Of a stretch of 64,000 nt of DNA, positions 49,216 to 63,035 are shown one piece after another. The stretch covers positions 1 through 64,000 of the forward strand of contig JAUCBJ010005486.1 in assembly GCA_032718475.1 (NCBI GenBank), read 5' to 3'. How positions within the stretch are numbered: position 1 is the stretch's first letter; each line of letters begins with the position of its first letter. The position numbers and the translations under genes were made by a program. The notes below the pieces were generated by a model. The model saw only the letters and a list, made by a program, of their open reading frames with translations. It searched no databases and was not told the origin of the DNA. Source of the stretch: Nemertoderma westbladi. Lineage: Eukaryota; Animalia; Xenacoelomorpha.

Positions 49216-52200
49216 GGATGTAGGACAATTCGGTCCCGGACAATTCGGTCCGGACAATTCGGTCCCGGACAATTCGGTCCCGGACAATTCGGTCCCAAAA
49301 CACTAAATAAATGGGACCGAATTGTCCTAGGACCGAATTGTCCGGGACCGAATTGTCCGGGACCGAATTGTCCGGGACCGAATTGTCCGGGACCGAATTG
49401 TCCTAGGACCGAATTGTCCGGTTCCTGATAGCAACGTTTTAGTGCTTTTTTGATATTGGTGAATGTTCTAGAACATTAGTAGAGATATTTGTTATGGTAG
49501 CTAGTGTTATTTACTTGCTAGAATTTTTTGAAATTTTAAAAATACTGTATTTTTTTTATTTTTGTTATTGGTAAGTGTTCGAGAACATTATTATATATTA
49601 TTTATTAAGGTGTAGCTAGTGTTTTTTTTTACTAGCTAGCATTTCCTTGAAATTATAAAAACACTTGTGAAAACATTGATATTTCAGAATTAGGCCTAAA
49701 CTGTTGCTGATTATATTAATTACCAACAATATTGTTGATATTATAACAGTCCCTGAATGAGATCCAGCTATTATCTAGGATAATAATTTAGACTTGTTAA
49801 CCAACCAACAACACATACAGTATACTTACGCAGTATATAAAAAAAATCAGTTTTAAAAATAAACATTTTAAATACATACTATTACTAGCTGGTAAAATTC
49901 ACAAGCTCCATAAAAACACCATAGCTACCATAAATAATAATGCTAACAAAAAAAAGTAAATTTTTTTTATTTTTAAAAAAATACTACAGTACAGGCCACC
50001 AGAAAACGCAGATTTGTACAATTGTGAACACATTTTATCAAATGTGTACCAGTGTAATGTAATGTTGTTGAACGGGACAATTGAACATAATTGAACATAA
50101 TTGAATTGGCAACAACCAAAATTTTTTCGCCAAAGGATACAATTGAATACTTTTGAAACGCTTAGTAATCTGGAAACTCTCTGTAGTTTGCCGCGAACTG
50201 TCACTCACTGCAGCTGGAAATGCGATAAGGATTTTGTTTACCTTTATAGTGTGCGGTTAATAGTGTCTACAGTCCCGCTCTCAAAAAGCATTCCTTTGAT
50301 CAAACATTGATCAAACTTTGATCAAACATTGATCAAAGTTTGATCAAAATGTGTCCATAGAATATCATTGAAAGTAGCATTGACATTGAAATGACATTGA
50401 TGGCATATTGAAATGACCTTGAAATCGATGGACCGAAATTCCAGACTTTCTGTCTCATATTGAAATGACATTGAAATGATTTCAAGGTAACAGTTTACAT
50501 CGCTCTTCTGCGGCATGCCTTTGAACTCAGATTCCCGCCGAGAACTGGCTTTTGTTAATGGCCAAGCCGCGATGTGATTGACAGGGCGGTGGATGGAGCT
50601 TGCTTGACTTTGTGGATGGACAGCGATTGGATTTACAAGGCGGTGTTGTGGTAGTGTCCCAGACTGAGTTTTGTTCTTGTAGGCAGGGCCTATTATTACA
50701 CCAACAACTAGTTCAGAAAAACAGCCTTTGGAATAGTTTTAAATTATTGTTATATTAGAAATTAGTTTCAATGTTCCTTAAATCAGAATCAAGGCCAAAG
50801 ACCTCCATTGACGTAGCAGCGCGATGGCTGCCGTTGCATTGCATTTGCTTATACAGTAATTGTGTAAATTCGACAAGCTTCCTTCCTGCCCCTGTCTCTA
50901 ATTATACTAATAAATGTAAATAAAGAAATAAATAAATCCAAGCCAGCGCCAGCGCACCCCCTAAAATACCTTCTAAAAATTTACGTAATTTAATTTTAAT
51001 ACTCTGATAAGGTAATTTTATTGAAAACCTAATTTGTTTTAAAGTAAACTATGTTATGTACATCATTAGTTACGTATTTTTTAATTCAGTTTAACGTATT
51101 GTAATTATAATTTTTTAAATATTAAAAATCAAATTGGGTTAGTAATACGTATTAAATTATGTTCATTCATTTTTAAATTTAAATTAAATTCTTTTGCTCA
51201 CAGGTCGTTGTAAGACAAGGCATCAATATAACCCCAGTGATCCCATACCCTCTTGTTATGGACTATTACTACATCATTGTACAAGCTGCGGACCTGCACA
51301 CCCCCCCCCCCCCCCCCCCCCCTCCATTATAATGTGTTGTAGCCATCCACCCAACCCATTGCATAACTCGAATTAAACTCCACACAGCACAGCACAGCCC
51401 ATACCTGCCATTGCTTTCATTACGCCACATCGCCATAAGTGGAGATTCAATTATGGCTGTGAATTATTATAATCATTATTAGATTGACAACACAGTGTTG
51501 TGGTAGTGTACGTGTACCAGTACCAGACTGAGTCTTGTAATAGGCCCCACTGACAACTCCGGGCTACGTTCTGAAATACAGCCTCTGGAATATTATTAAA
51601 TTATTTTCATTAGAAATTATTCGCTAGAAAGCCAGTCTGTCAATTTAATCGTCCAGTATCAATTCCCGCGGGCTAATACAATTTATTTTCGGGCTAAGGA
51701 TGCCCTGCCCACTGGCTAAGAAAGCAAGCTTGCGGGTAAACGATTCCCATTTTGCGGGCTAAGATTCCCGCGGGCTAAGTCATCACGCATCACCCAACCG
51801 AACATACAGTTGACTGTAACTGTTTCACTCGCATCTCTGTAACCACAACCCAAATGCTGTGATTCACAGTATGCGATTTCACCGTGCTGTCACCGCAAGT
51901 GTATCTGAGAACAGGCCCATTTCTGGTACAGCTACAATTAGTTTCAAAAATTTAATGTAAAACATCGAAAGGAGCAGGTTAAAGGGGTTGTGTTTTCTAA
52001 CCAAAACAATAAACCAAAGTAGATTTCATCGATTTGGGCTGGAGAACTTTTTTATTTGCGACCAACTGGCGCCACTATTTGCGAGATAAGGTAGAAATTT
52101 TAATTAATATCGAGACAAATACAACGTCTGTTTAATTGTTTTTGGGCAAACAGAAAAGTCCTCCATGCTGAAATTTTAGTAAGAAAGTTTAGTGTAATAA

Positions 52201-53804
52201 ATTAGTTTAGTACACATTACTACCTGCATAGTTCCTTGCTCAGGAGGCCAATCTCTTTGGTTCGCGGCCTCCTGTGTATGGGTTAGTTCTAGTTGGCTGT
52301 CTAATTTCTTGGGAAGCTTTTAGTAAATTTCGAAATTTCGGAGAATTCCATTCCACAGCAGATAATTGGTTTTACATGCTGGGGCGGCATAAGCTAAGAG
52401 CCATTACACATGCTATGCCTTTACTCTGTTAGTGGTCTGTCGCTGTCGGCACCCCAAGCTAATAATATACAGCAAATACGCACTGAGACCGCTTTTGTTT
52501 CAGAAAATTTGGAATGTGGATCTTTATATATATATTATTTGTTTTCTCATTTCAACTGGAAAGGGTTTTTTAGTATGCTTTCGCATGGCCTCCCCCTCGC
52601 TCGGTACGCTAGTTGCCCCCCCCCCCCCCCCCCCCCCATTATAATGTATTGTAGCCATCCACCCAACACATTGCGTAACTCAGAATTAAACTCCACACAG
52701 CCCATACCCGCCCTTGCTTTCATTACCACCACACCGCCAAGTGGAGATTCAATTGCGGCTGTTATTTTCTGATAATCGCTGTAAATTATTATAACCTAGG
52801 CAGTCCGGTTTAAATAACGGCTATAGCCTACAAACCTATTGTATGATATGGACGTGGTGTCCTGTGTGCTCTGTAGACATCCTACAGAGCACATGGAGCA
52901 TTACACACACACAGAGAGAGAGAGAGAGTGAGGGCTGCTTGATTGACACACGGCTCAGTGGGAATCTAGACTTTGAAGTGCAGCGCCTTTGGTAGAACTC
53001 AATGGCAGGATTTATAAGCCTGGTTCATTTCAATATTTGATCAAACTTTGATCAATGTTTGATCAAAATTTGATCAATGTTTGATCAAAGGAATGCTTTT
53101 TGAGAGCGGGACTGTAGTAGGCAGGCCTATTGTTAGAGATGTTAAGCCATCTTCTGGTGTTTCTCTGTGCCCTCTCGGTGTCAGACTAATGGCGCGACAT
53201 CTCCCTGCACTAAATTAATTATTCAATGGTCTAGGCTCGTCCATCCATATACCCATCCACTCCCATACACTCCATGAACCTCCATGTGGTCTTGTATGTA
53301 GTTCTCTCTCTACCAATACAGCCCATGTCCGCAATGTTACGTCCAGTGGGCTCTCTCATCTACCTGATATCAGACATACAGGCGCACCGCACACTAAGCC
53401 TTTGTCGGTCCCAGCAAGTTAGCTAGATAACTCGCCATAACCTGCCAATCAGATGACTTGAACAAATGTGTTCACATGTGATCACATTGGATGAAATCTG
53501 CTTTTTCTGGTGGCCTGTACTGTAGCTAGTAAAAAAAACACTAGCTACCTACCATATAATAATATATATTAAGGTTCTAGAACATTCACCATTATATAAT
53601 ACCAATTAAATTCGGTCCTGGACAATTCGGTCCCGGACAATTCGGTCCCATTAATATGCATGTTTTGGGACCGAATTGTCCTGTCAGTATCCGGACAATT
53701 CGGTCCCGGACAATTCGGTCCCAAAACACAAAATTAATGGGACCGAATTGTCCGGGACCGAATTGTCCGGACCGAATTGTCCGGGATCGAATTGTCCTGC
53801 TTAC
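49216..53804. mobile_element. MuDR/Foldback-type non-autonomous element
   Basis: 9-bp TSD GTAACCTCC; G...C ends; 15-bp subterminal repeats ggacaattcggtccc in both orientations at both ends. Confidence 0.85.
50270..53114. mobile_element. TA-flanked TIR element nested in the MuDR-like element
   Basis: TA|cagtcccgctctcaaaaagcattcctttgatcaa ... ttgatcaaaggaatgctttttgagagcgggactg|TA. Confidence 0.85.
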
Positions 53805-53813
53805 GTAACCTCC

Positions 53814-54824
53814 TTCTTCTCCGATGACCGCTTATTCGATTTTCATAGTATCGCAAACTCGATTCTTCTTCTCATCTGGAACTCGTCGACTCCGACCGAG
53901 GAAGAGGAGACTCGTTTCTTTAAACCTTTCGACAAGGATGTTCTCGCTTTCGGCGAGAAATTGAATGAGCTCACATGCTTTTTCGCCAATAAAGTCTCAT
54001 ATTACTTTGGGTTCAATTATAGAGTTGGCACCAATGGAAGTATTAACCCAGTGAAACCACTCGAATTAATAAAGTTGGAAGACACTGTAAACAGTTCATG
54101 GATCACCTTTTCCGTCACCTGCGCCAATTTATTTCAACAATATGTAAACATCTGTCGCCCATTTATTAATCCTACTACTCACCTCGTCCTAAAACCAGGC
54201 GATTGGGTTGCTTTTGACTATTGCACTTTTGGGTTTGTTACAAATATTCGGAACGAGCGCTATTTAGCGATCACCAATGGCTACGAGGTTGACGATGGAA
54301 AGGCTATTGTTTCTTCTAGAGGCATGATTCTTCTTACACCAAGCGAGGTCGGCGAATTGAAATGGTTTGATTCAACCATCGAGGATAGTGAATGTGTCTG
54401 CTACGATGAACTTAACGTCTACAAAGACAACATTTCCGAGCGAATATCGATACAAAGTTGTATCAGTGATTCAGAAATTGATTTACAGATAACCGAGAGA
54501 AAATTTAACGAATCCTTTACTATAGCTAACACGATTCAAGCGCGCGAGGCTCTAATAAGATTCAAGGCTATGGCTATACAATTTGCTTTCAAACCAAAGC
54601 AGATTACGATCCCCAATCACCAACGCTATCTCATAAATAACAATATTGCAGCCTTTATCTATAAGTTCAAATCCGAAAAATATGTCGGTATCTGGCCCAT
54701 TGCAATGAAAGACGAAGAGACTACCACTTTTCAGTTCACCAACGGTCTCACTATTAGGGGCAGCGATGGAGCACCTTGGGTCTGGAATTCCCTTCTGTGT
54801 TGCTCAAAACCTGCAGCAGGCTAA
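53814..54824 (+). pseudogene. 3' part (336 aa) of the interrupted ORF, two PC4-like segments
   Basis: FGFVTNIRNERYLAITNGYEVDDGKAIVSSRGMILLTPSEVGELK and AFIYKFKSEKYVGIW...NGLTI resemble the PC4 pattern. Confidence 0.6.
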
Positions 54825-56071
54825 ATTTCACAGGAATTCCCCTTCCTCACAATTGAACTGTTAATTGGGAACTGTCGCACTATAGACAGACAGACAACAT
54901 TAAGATGTATGTTGAGTGGAGTATGTGGACTATGGGTGGTCAAGTGGAGTAGGTGGAACATAAGTATTATGGTAGAGCGTGACTGTATTTACATTTACAA
55001 TGCATATGGGCACATTCGCACATTATATTGGACTTTGGAATAATTTTATGTTTAATAAAATATTTAATCAGTTAAACGATATAGTTGCGAATAGGAATGA
55101 GTTATAAATATTTATTCTTGGTGTGTAACTGTTTCCCCTTAAGATTATAGATTAAGATTATACATTATGTTTTAGTTTTTTACGTTGTCTATTTAATATT
55201 TTTAACTTGCCAAATAGATGCCATGTCAGTTAGGTTTACCATTATTCTGTTGAATTAAACTGAAATAAAAAATATACTGATTCCACGATGTGATAAATGG
55301 TGTTAGGTGGGTAAAATGGTCAATAGGCAAACTCAAAGAATCCTTGCATTAACACCCCCCCCCCCCCCCCCCCCCAGCCGTATGTAGAAAATTACCTGAA
55401 AATAGTATGAATAAAATTCAGATATTACGCCCTCTCTTGTTAAATGTATAAAAGATAGAGTGTAGCTTCATATCCAGATTGTAGATAATAAAATGAGTCC
55501 TGAGTCCTGTAAGCAATGAACTGCAAGATGACATACTCGTTACTGGTACACATGCAGTACTGTATATAATCAGTCGCAGTCAGTCAGTAGTTACTAGTAC
55601 TGTACGTACATCATAATATATGTACAGCTGTATGTACTGAGAGTTCTTAGATCCTAGAGCTATTATACCTAGGGCCTCCGTTCGCCTAGTACGTCCGTTC
55701 TAGAGTTATTGTGAACAAAGAACCCCTAACATCCCCCTCACAAACAATCATGAACTTAGTCTACAGTATACAGTAGTTTGTATTTACAGTATTTAATATA
55801 TTTGACTGATAAGTCTGGACTCTGGCAGGAGGCAATATCGTTTTCAAACAAACAACAAGATTGTTATCATACATACATAGCAGTCTGTATTCATAAACCG
55901 GCCTAAACCACTAAAAGCCACTAAACATATATCTATGTTATATACAGTATATAATACTGTTGTAGTATCCCTAGGCCTAGTCCGGTACTACTACGTGGTA
56001 CCGGTACTGCTAAGCTGTAAACATATATGTAAATCCTACTGTGCAGTTGTACCGGTATCCCTACTACAGTA

Positions 56072-56803
56072 CAGTCCCAATCCCAATAAACATTAACTTG
56101 GTCGTTTTGGCGGCCAAAATGACCAAAATCGCCAAAAAAATGTAGTGTATTCCTATGGGCTACTTGGTCGTTTTGGCGAAGCGATTTAACTCGACTCAGT
56201 CAAGTCCAGACAGCCCGTCTCCTTGGACATCCATTTGGTTGCTCTGACTAAATGTCGGCTCGCTTTCATTTTTATTATTGACAGATTGTTAACTTACCTG
56301 GAGCTGAGTCGGGCCTTTCAGTTGTAGTAAAGACCACCCACTGAGGCATTGATACAGCACAGGCTAATACGTAATAAGGGAGTTAGTTGAATGCGGCTTT
56401 GTTAAAAGGAGGAGTATAATAATCGGATTTTGTGTGTTATTATTAGATAATCATTTTTCACCTTTTCCTTTGTGTAGCTTCAGTTTAGAGTCATGAATGG
56501 CAACGTGTTCTGTATGAAGGCGTCCTAATTATAGTTTTATAGTTAGAAGCTGGGTCTGTGACAGGGCGAGAAGTAGCTATTAAATAGCGACACTTAGTCT
56601 CGAACGAGTTCGGTATACTGATGAAATTCAGATTAGACGGCGCGGCCTATTTCTAGTAGCTGGGTCTGAATTCGAGGGCGATAGTAACTGAAAACATTAT
56701 AATATCAGGCTCTGGCTCGGTGCTAACAGTCAACAGAGTCGGCATATTTGGGTAATTTTGGCCGCCAAAATGACCAAGTTAATGTTTATTGGGATTGGGA
56801 CTG
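56072..56803. mobile_element. TA-flanked MITE
   Basis: TA|cagtcccaatcccaataaacattaacttggtc ... gaccaagttaatgtttattgggattgggactg|TA. Confidence 0.85.
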
Positions 56804-56805
56804 TA

Positions 56806-59800
56806 TATCTCACTTTCAAAATATCCAAGCCATGCAATATGTTGTGATGATTACCGTTACATATGGTGCATGAATTGGTTTGAGTGCAAACATTTGTAGA
56901 ATGATGTTCAAGACATCTAAAGCAGAGACTATATGCTCTAACAAAATTGGTGATATCATTGTCAGATAATTTTCCTAGTATTCCGCAGTAAAATGTTGTA
57001 TGATTTGTTACTTTGCGGTTTTGTGATTCTGAACAGTAAAGGCACCCATCTTGCATTGGTGGTCCGTGAAATTGACCATTTTTGTAATTGGGTGCTGGGT
57101 ATCTAGGTTTTCCTGTGTCAGTACCTCTGCCTGTAGATGTACTGGCAGTTGGTACATTTGGCAGTACACTAGGTACAGATGGTACTGTGTTTTGTTTGTT
57201 ACTATATTGTTGTGGGGCTTGATTATGTTGTGCAAAGTTCGAATAGTTTCTAGGATGCCAAGATTGTTGTCTTGGCTTATTACCAGTTCGGAACCAATTC
57301 CGATTGGGATTTTGAAACTGTGATGATCTTGAACGATTGCCAGAATTAAAGTTTTGGTTTGCAGGTCCAGACTGTTGTCCCACTTGTTGAGTCTTATTAG
57401 TTCGAACAGATGCATTAGTATTTGGTTTACCACCTGGTCCCCACACATTCTCCTCAGCTTCTCTGGAGAACATCTCGTTACAAATGGCATCAGTCTGATA
57501 CTCCAAGAAACTGGCAAATTCTAGGAGGTTAGGGTCTCGATCTTTTGTACGTTTTGTTTGTTCAGCTATAGGAAGCCACTTACTATATAGATATGGTGGC
57601 AAGTTCCAAACTGCATTCTGAACATTAGTTGGTAATGTAATGTACTCATATGCTCCTATATATTGTAAGCAGTTTGTAATGGTTCCTATTGTATCAGAAT
57701 ATTTACGTATGTCAGATGCTTTGTCAGAGTTAACAAACTTCGGTTGGCATGCAATTGTGTCAGAACATACACGCTGAATGAGCTGCGGATCACCAAATCT
57801 CTTTTGGAGTTTCGCCCAAGCTCTTAGGTACCCTCCTGGAGTTCCCTTAAATTTTAGGATTAAGTCATTTGCCTTGCCTTTAGTATGCTTCAATAAAAGT
57901 TTTAACTTCTCCCGTTCGTCCCAAAAGGGTTGTGATGCAATATTTTCAATGAAATCTATTTTAAAGTTGACAAATCCTAGTGGATTGCCATCATACTTTT
58001 CATCATCACATGGTTCCCATAAAGTTGTTTTGGCATATAAACGCTCAAAATACTGTCTGTTAAGAGCATCAGCGGTGTTTCCAGCAAAAAACATATTAGC
58101 CGGATCATGGAATGGTATATTGTTAGTATTTTCATCACCATGATCACTTCCATCAGGGTCTCCGTCCCCATCACCACCAGGACCAGGAGGATTACTTGGA
58201 GGATCTCTGCCTGGATTTGGATTGTAATGGTATTGTTGACCATGGATTTCATTATATGGGGACCTTTGTTGATTATTGAGGTAGTGATCTGATCCCGGAG
58301 GTTCACTAGTTGACCTTTGTTTGGGTTTGGTGCCAGTAGGTGTATATGAAACCCCTGTCACAGTGTTTACACAAAGGTTAGTCATTGATTTAGGTGGTTT
58401 AAAATCATGCCGAGGTTTAATCCAACCATTCATAAGACCATAATTGTATGCCTTGCATTCAAATTCTTTATCTTTGTGAGATCCAGGAACCTCTGGCTCA
58501 CTATATTGACTTGTATGGCAAGATGGTAGCCGTAAATTGTTATATTTCATGTCTATGCTACTTGATTCAATTGGTTCTGGGTTATCTATTGGTTCTCCTT
58601 CCTTACACCAGATCCACTTTGGTTCAGTGGGATGTAAACGCTTGAAATATTTAACTCCCTGTATTATTTGACACTCAATGTCTCAGTCATTTGTTTTTGT
58701 TTTATTGCTAATTTTATTGGTATTATTCTGTGCAGGTATTTGAGTCTTCAAATTATCATCACTGGAATATAAATTTTTCCCTTTGTCATGTAATTTAATG
58801 TTCTTGTAAATTGCCAGTGGATTTTGACTCATGTCGTCAGCATTTTGCATGTGAAATTTTGCTTCAGCTTCAACATTCACAGAATTTTCAATGTCAATGA
58901 TCATAGGCAAAATGACCATATTTACTTCCAGGTATTTGCCTAGGAATGGCACTGTCAATTTGAGATTTCTTACTATCGTGACTATACTCTGGATCTATCA
59001 GGTCCCGTATTATTTTTTGGAGTATGAAGATTTGGTGGACTCTTTTGTTGAATCAATAATCGTTGCTGTTGGCTGGAAATGAACTTTCCTCTCCCCTGTG
59101 GCCTTTGGGGAAGTTGAATGTTCATCACAGTCACCCTCAGCCCCAGCTTGTAGTAGCTTTTCTAGTAATTCCTGTTGTATATTGTCCATCATATCTGTCG
59201 CCCTTTTACAAACTGAAAGACATTGTGTGACACTGTCATCTGTTTGTTGATGCTATTCACGTTCTTTATGCATGTCAAGATGACGGCATTGACGTTCTTT
59301 CTGTATGTCGCCATAAACAAAATCCAATTTATTATACAGAATGTTTAATAATCTGTCAGACTGCAATGCAGCTGGGTCTTGTAGAGGTACTACTGGCGAT
59401 GGAGAGTAAAGTTGTACACGAGTTAAAACTGGTGGTAAAGGTAAAGAGTGAATTGTATTATTTGATAAACTAGCTAATGGTGAACAAAATTATCTTGGGC
59501 CATATTGTTGCCCATTTGTCAGTAAATTGCTACTTGTACAACCAGTTAAAGTGCATGTGTTCGATGTAATAGTTGATGGTAATAGTGAGTAAGATATCTC
59601 AGGTATATTACTCATCGGTAGTGTTTGAGGAGATAATATATCAGGAGTCAAACATAAACAGGATGGTAGTCTGGAGGTTAGGGGTGTATCATGAACATTT
59701 GTACTTGTCACAATGCTGGATGATGCTTGAGCTTGTGTTAAGCATTGGGAAAAATTACTACTAGATATCAAAGACACACTACTGGTACTGGTAGTATTTG

Positions 59801-60533
59801 AATTGTTTGTAGTAATGGTCCCTAAGTCTACTGAATTTAGAAGACCTATAGGGGTATGAGAGGACTGTAAATCTGTGGAATTATCTGAAATCATTGACAT
59901 TTCTGGCTGAGTATTTAGATTACTCTCCTGACCTGGTAAGTGTACAGTGGCAGGAGTGGATGAATACTCATGGGTTTTAATATTATTATAGTCCCTTAAA
60001 TGTTTAGGAGTAGGTGGAAGAGTCAGGCCCTGCCTAGATGCTTCATCACGCAGTAGAAGTTCAGTGAAATGTGTCTGGTCTATTCGCTGTTTAGTTCTGC
60101 GATCTTCAATTTGAGCTCTCAGCTGCCGTTGTTGCTCTTCTTCTTCACGTTGTTTATTATCTATAATATTCTGAGTACGGCGTTGAGATTCATAAATCTT
60201 TTCTTGAGTCTCTGATTCGAATTTCCGAAACTCTGCAGATGTTTCTTCTTCATGTCGCAGCTCTTCCTGTTCCATTATTCTTTCAAATAAGGAAACATTT
60301 GTTGATCTATTGGAACTAGTAGTACTGTAGCCTGTAGACCTTCTGGTCATTCTAGAGTGATGAGATCTGTGCTGTGAAGATTGCTTTGAAGTAGGCCTAC
60401 TGGTAACAGATTGTTTAGAAATATTTGAAGCTGGTTTACTTTGAGGGCTTCTGTAAGTCAAAACGTTGTCACTGTCAGTTGATGTGGAACTTTTGTGTAA
60501 TGTATGGTCAGTATCTATGTTTCCTACTACTGT
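56806..60533 (-). pseudogene. BEL/Pao gag, degenerate and inverted
   Basis: YDGNPLGF...EKLKLLLKHTKGKA...LQKRFGDP (DUF1759-like); three zinc knuckles CLYC, CFRCL, CTICNGNHHNILH. Confidence 0.85.
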
Positions 60534-62766
60534 AAGTCAGATAATCAACCATGGCTTAACCGGGCAGGAAACCAGACTGCCGGCAACAATAATACTGGTC
60601 AGTCAACTTCACTATCCCTTCAGCCAAGGAGAAATCCTAACCCAACAACAACTTCTAATTTTCTAAAACCAAAACCAGATATACAAGGGACTACTCTTTT
60701 CCAGAAAGTAGTACCTGTTAGAGTAGGTACAAGGGACTACTCTTTTCCAGAAAGTACAGTAGTACCTGTTAGAGTAGGTCCAACTTGGAGTAGAAAACCA
60801 TTAAGTGACAATTTTGTTACCACATTCGCTTTGATTGACACAGGTGGAGGGGGTACTTTTATTGACCAAAGTGTTATAGATTGTCTCAAAGTTGATACAA
60901 CACAGGTTGAACTAGATCTTACAACCATTAACAAACGAGAATTAACAACATGTGGTAAAGTAGGGTTGAACATCTCAGCAGTAATGCCAGGCTATAACTA
61001 CGTCACTGATATAACAGCATTTGTTCGACCACAGTGTAAATTTGACAAGCATATTGTAAGTGACGAAACTGTAAAGAAATATCCACATCTTGATATCCCC
61101 AGGTACCCTACAGTAGACATACCTTCGGTCACTATTATTTTGGGTGTAACTAGTCCTGAGATGCATTACCATCTCAAGGAACAACATTCAACAACATATG
61201 GTGAACCATTTGCCATTGAGACTGTTTTTGGTTGGACTGTCATGGGTCCAGTAAACCAGGCAGTCAGTTTACAAGTACTACCATAACAAAAGGGGAATGT
61301 TTTACGTAATATCTTTCCAAATAAAGTGAAACCTGAGAGGAGAGCAGAAGACTCAACAATTTACGACAACATGATGGTTGAGGATGAACCAGTCATCAAT
61401 GATGTTTCTGAGAATGAAGCAACTGACAAACTCTATGAACGATATTTGAAAACCTTTTTCACTAATTCACTAAGTAACAATAAACCCATTAGTCCGAATT
61501 CTTCTCTGAACACATTGTGTCCTAAATTAAACAAAGACCAAATTCTTGTTGTCGATTCTAGGATCAAGCGAGCAAAGTGTTTACCACAATCTACTATTGA
61601 ACCAATTATAATCCCTAAGAAATCATTAATAATTACTGGTTTAATACAAGACACACACAAATTTCTGATACATAGAGGCGAGGATCATGTGCTTGCAAAA
61701 CTCCGTAGGGAGTACTGGATAATTAACGCTCGTCCGAGAATTCGTGAAGTACTCAAGAAATGTATTACTTGTAAGATCATTCAGCACCAACTATTACATC
61801 CTCACATGTCTGATCTTCCTAGTCATCGACTTGCAGACAATTGTAGACCATTTGCTGGAACAGGTGTCGATTACTGGGGACCAATTATCCTTAAAGAGAC
61901 AATGCACTCGTCTTAAGGTCTATGGAGTTATCTATACTTGTATGACTACCCGAGCTGTATGGCTAGACATAGCTGAGGATGCCAGTACTGATAAATTTCT
62001 TGCATCTTACCATCGTTTCATTTGTGCACGTGGTAACATGATAACAATGTACAGTGACTGTGGCAGCAACTTTGTCGGTGCTGATTCCGAGCTTGAGGAA
62101 GTCATTAAATGCCTTAATAAGGATGCTAGTAAGATTCAATCCAATCTTCTTACAAAAAATGTTGAGTGGAAATTCAATGTTCCCTACAATCCCCATACAG
62201 GTGGTACTTGGGAACGTATGGTCAAATCAGTCAAACAAGGGTTGAAAGCTATACAATTTAAGAATGATACATTTGATTCTTTCCGAACAACTTTGGCTGA
62301 GGTTGAATATGCCATTAATTCTAGGCCACTATTCTCACCCACTGAGGATCCCAGTGGTATTACACAAATCACCCCAAACATGATCTTAGGTATAGGCGAA
62401 CCACTAGGGTTAATTATAGAGCCCTCAGACCCATCCAACTCTAGCTCCAGGAAGGTCTGGAGGCGCAGCCAACAGGCTGCTAACAAATTTTGGGATCTAT
62501 GGCAAAAGCACTACTTGCCAACTTTACACAAGCGGCCAAAGTGGCAAAAGCCTTGTAGAGATGTGATCATAGGAGATCTTGTATTAGTTAAGGAAGGAAA
62601 TCCTCTTGCTAGAAACAAATGGCACATGGCCAGGATTACCCAGATTTTTCCTGGTAAGGATGGAACAGTTCGATCAGCTGAAGTCAGAACATCTTCAGGG
62701 CTACAAGTCAGAGGTGTCCATAAGTTGTGTTTGTTAGAAGAAAGTTTATTAACACGTCTGACCTAA
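60534..62766 (+). pseudogene. BEL/Pao protease + integrase, RT/RNase H missing
   Basis: ALIDTGG, ETVFGWTVMGP; then GVDYWGP, CMTTRAVWLD, SDCGSNF, GGTWERMV, INSRPL, GKDGTVRSA. Confidence 0.88.
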
Positions 62767-63035
62767 TTTGGTTTCTTGATCATTTCGTTATTGAGAAAGT
62801 TTAAATAACTAAGCATTTTTAGATTTCTCAATCTCGTAGGATAGTATTTTAAACTCCTATAACATATTTTACTTATATAGGAGTAACTTTATATCTTTTA
62901 TTGTCTCGGCTGTTGGTGGTAACAGCCAGTACAGTAAGAACAGACAGACATTTTACAATTATTATTATTTATTATTATTTTATGACTTTACCTGACTTGA
63001 CCTACTTTGACTATTTTGGGTTGCGCAAGGGGGGT

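Larger units (their letters stand above)
45660..54824 (+). mobile_element. Putative Polinton/Maverick (adintovirus-like) left-end remnant with nested insertions
   Basis: Begins AGTAGT exactly where RTE homology stops; ~280-bp palindrome, AT-rich repeats, promoter and intronless PC4-like ORF; no pPolB, integrase or capsid genes seen. Confidence 0.45.

Noticed and set aside
49216-49428. GPNCP/GQFGP peptide repeats in ORF 48802..49428
   Set aside because: Translation of the transposon's 15-bp subterminal repeats
56618-56680. CTGATGA followed by an 8-bp stem, possible hammerhead
   Set aside because: Followed by CGAG, not GAAA; no convincing stems I or III
56730-56805. C-terminal tail of the 606-aa gag ORF
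   Set aside because: Read-through into the MITE TIR, not gag sequence
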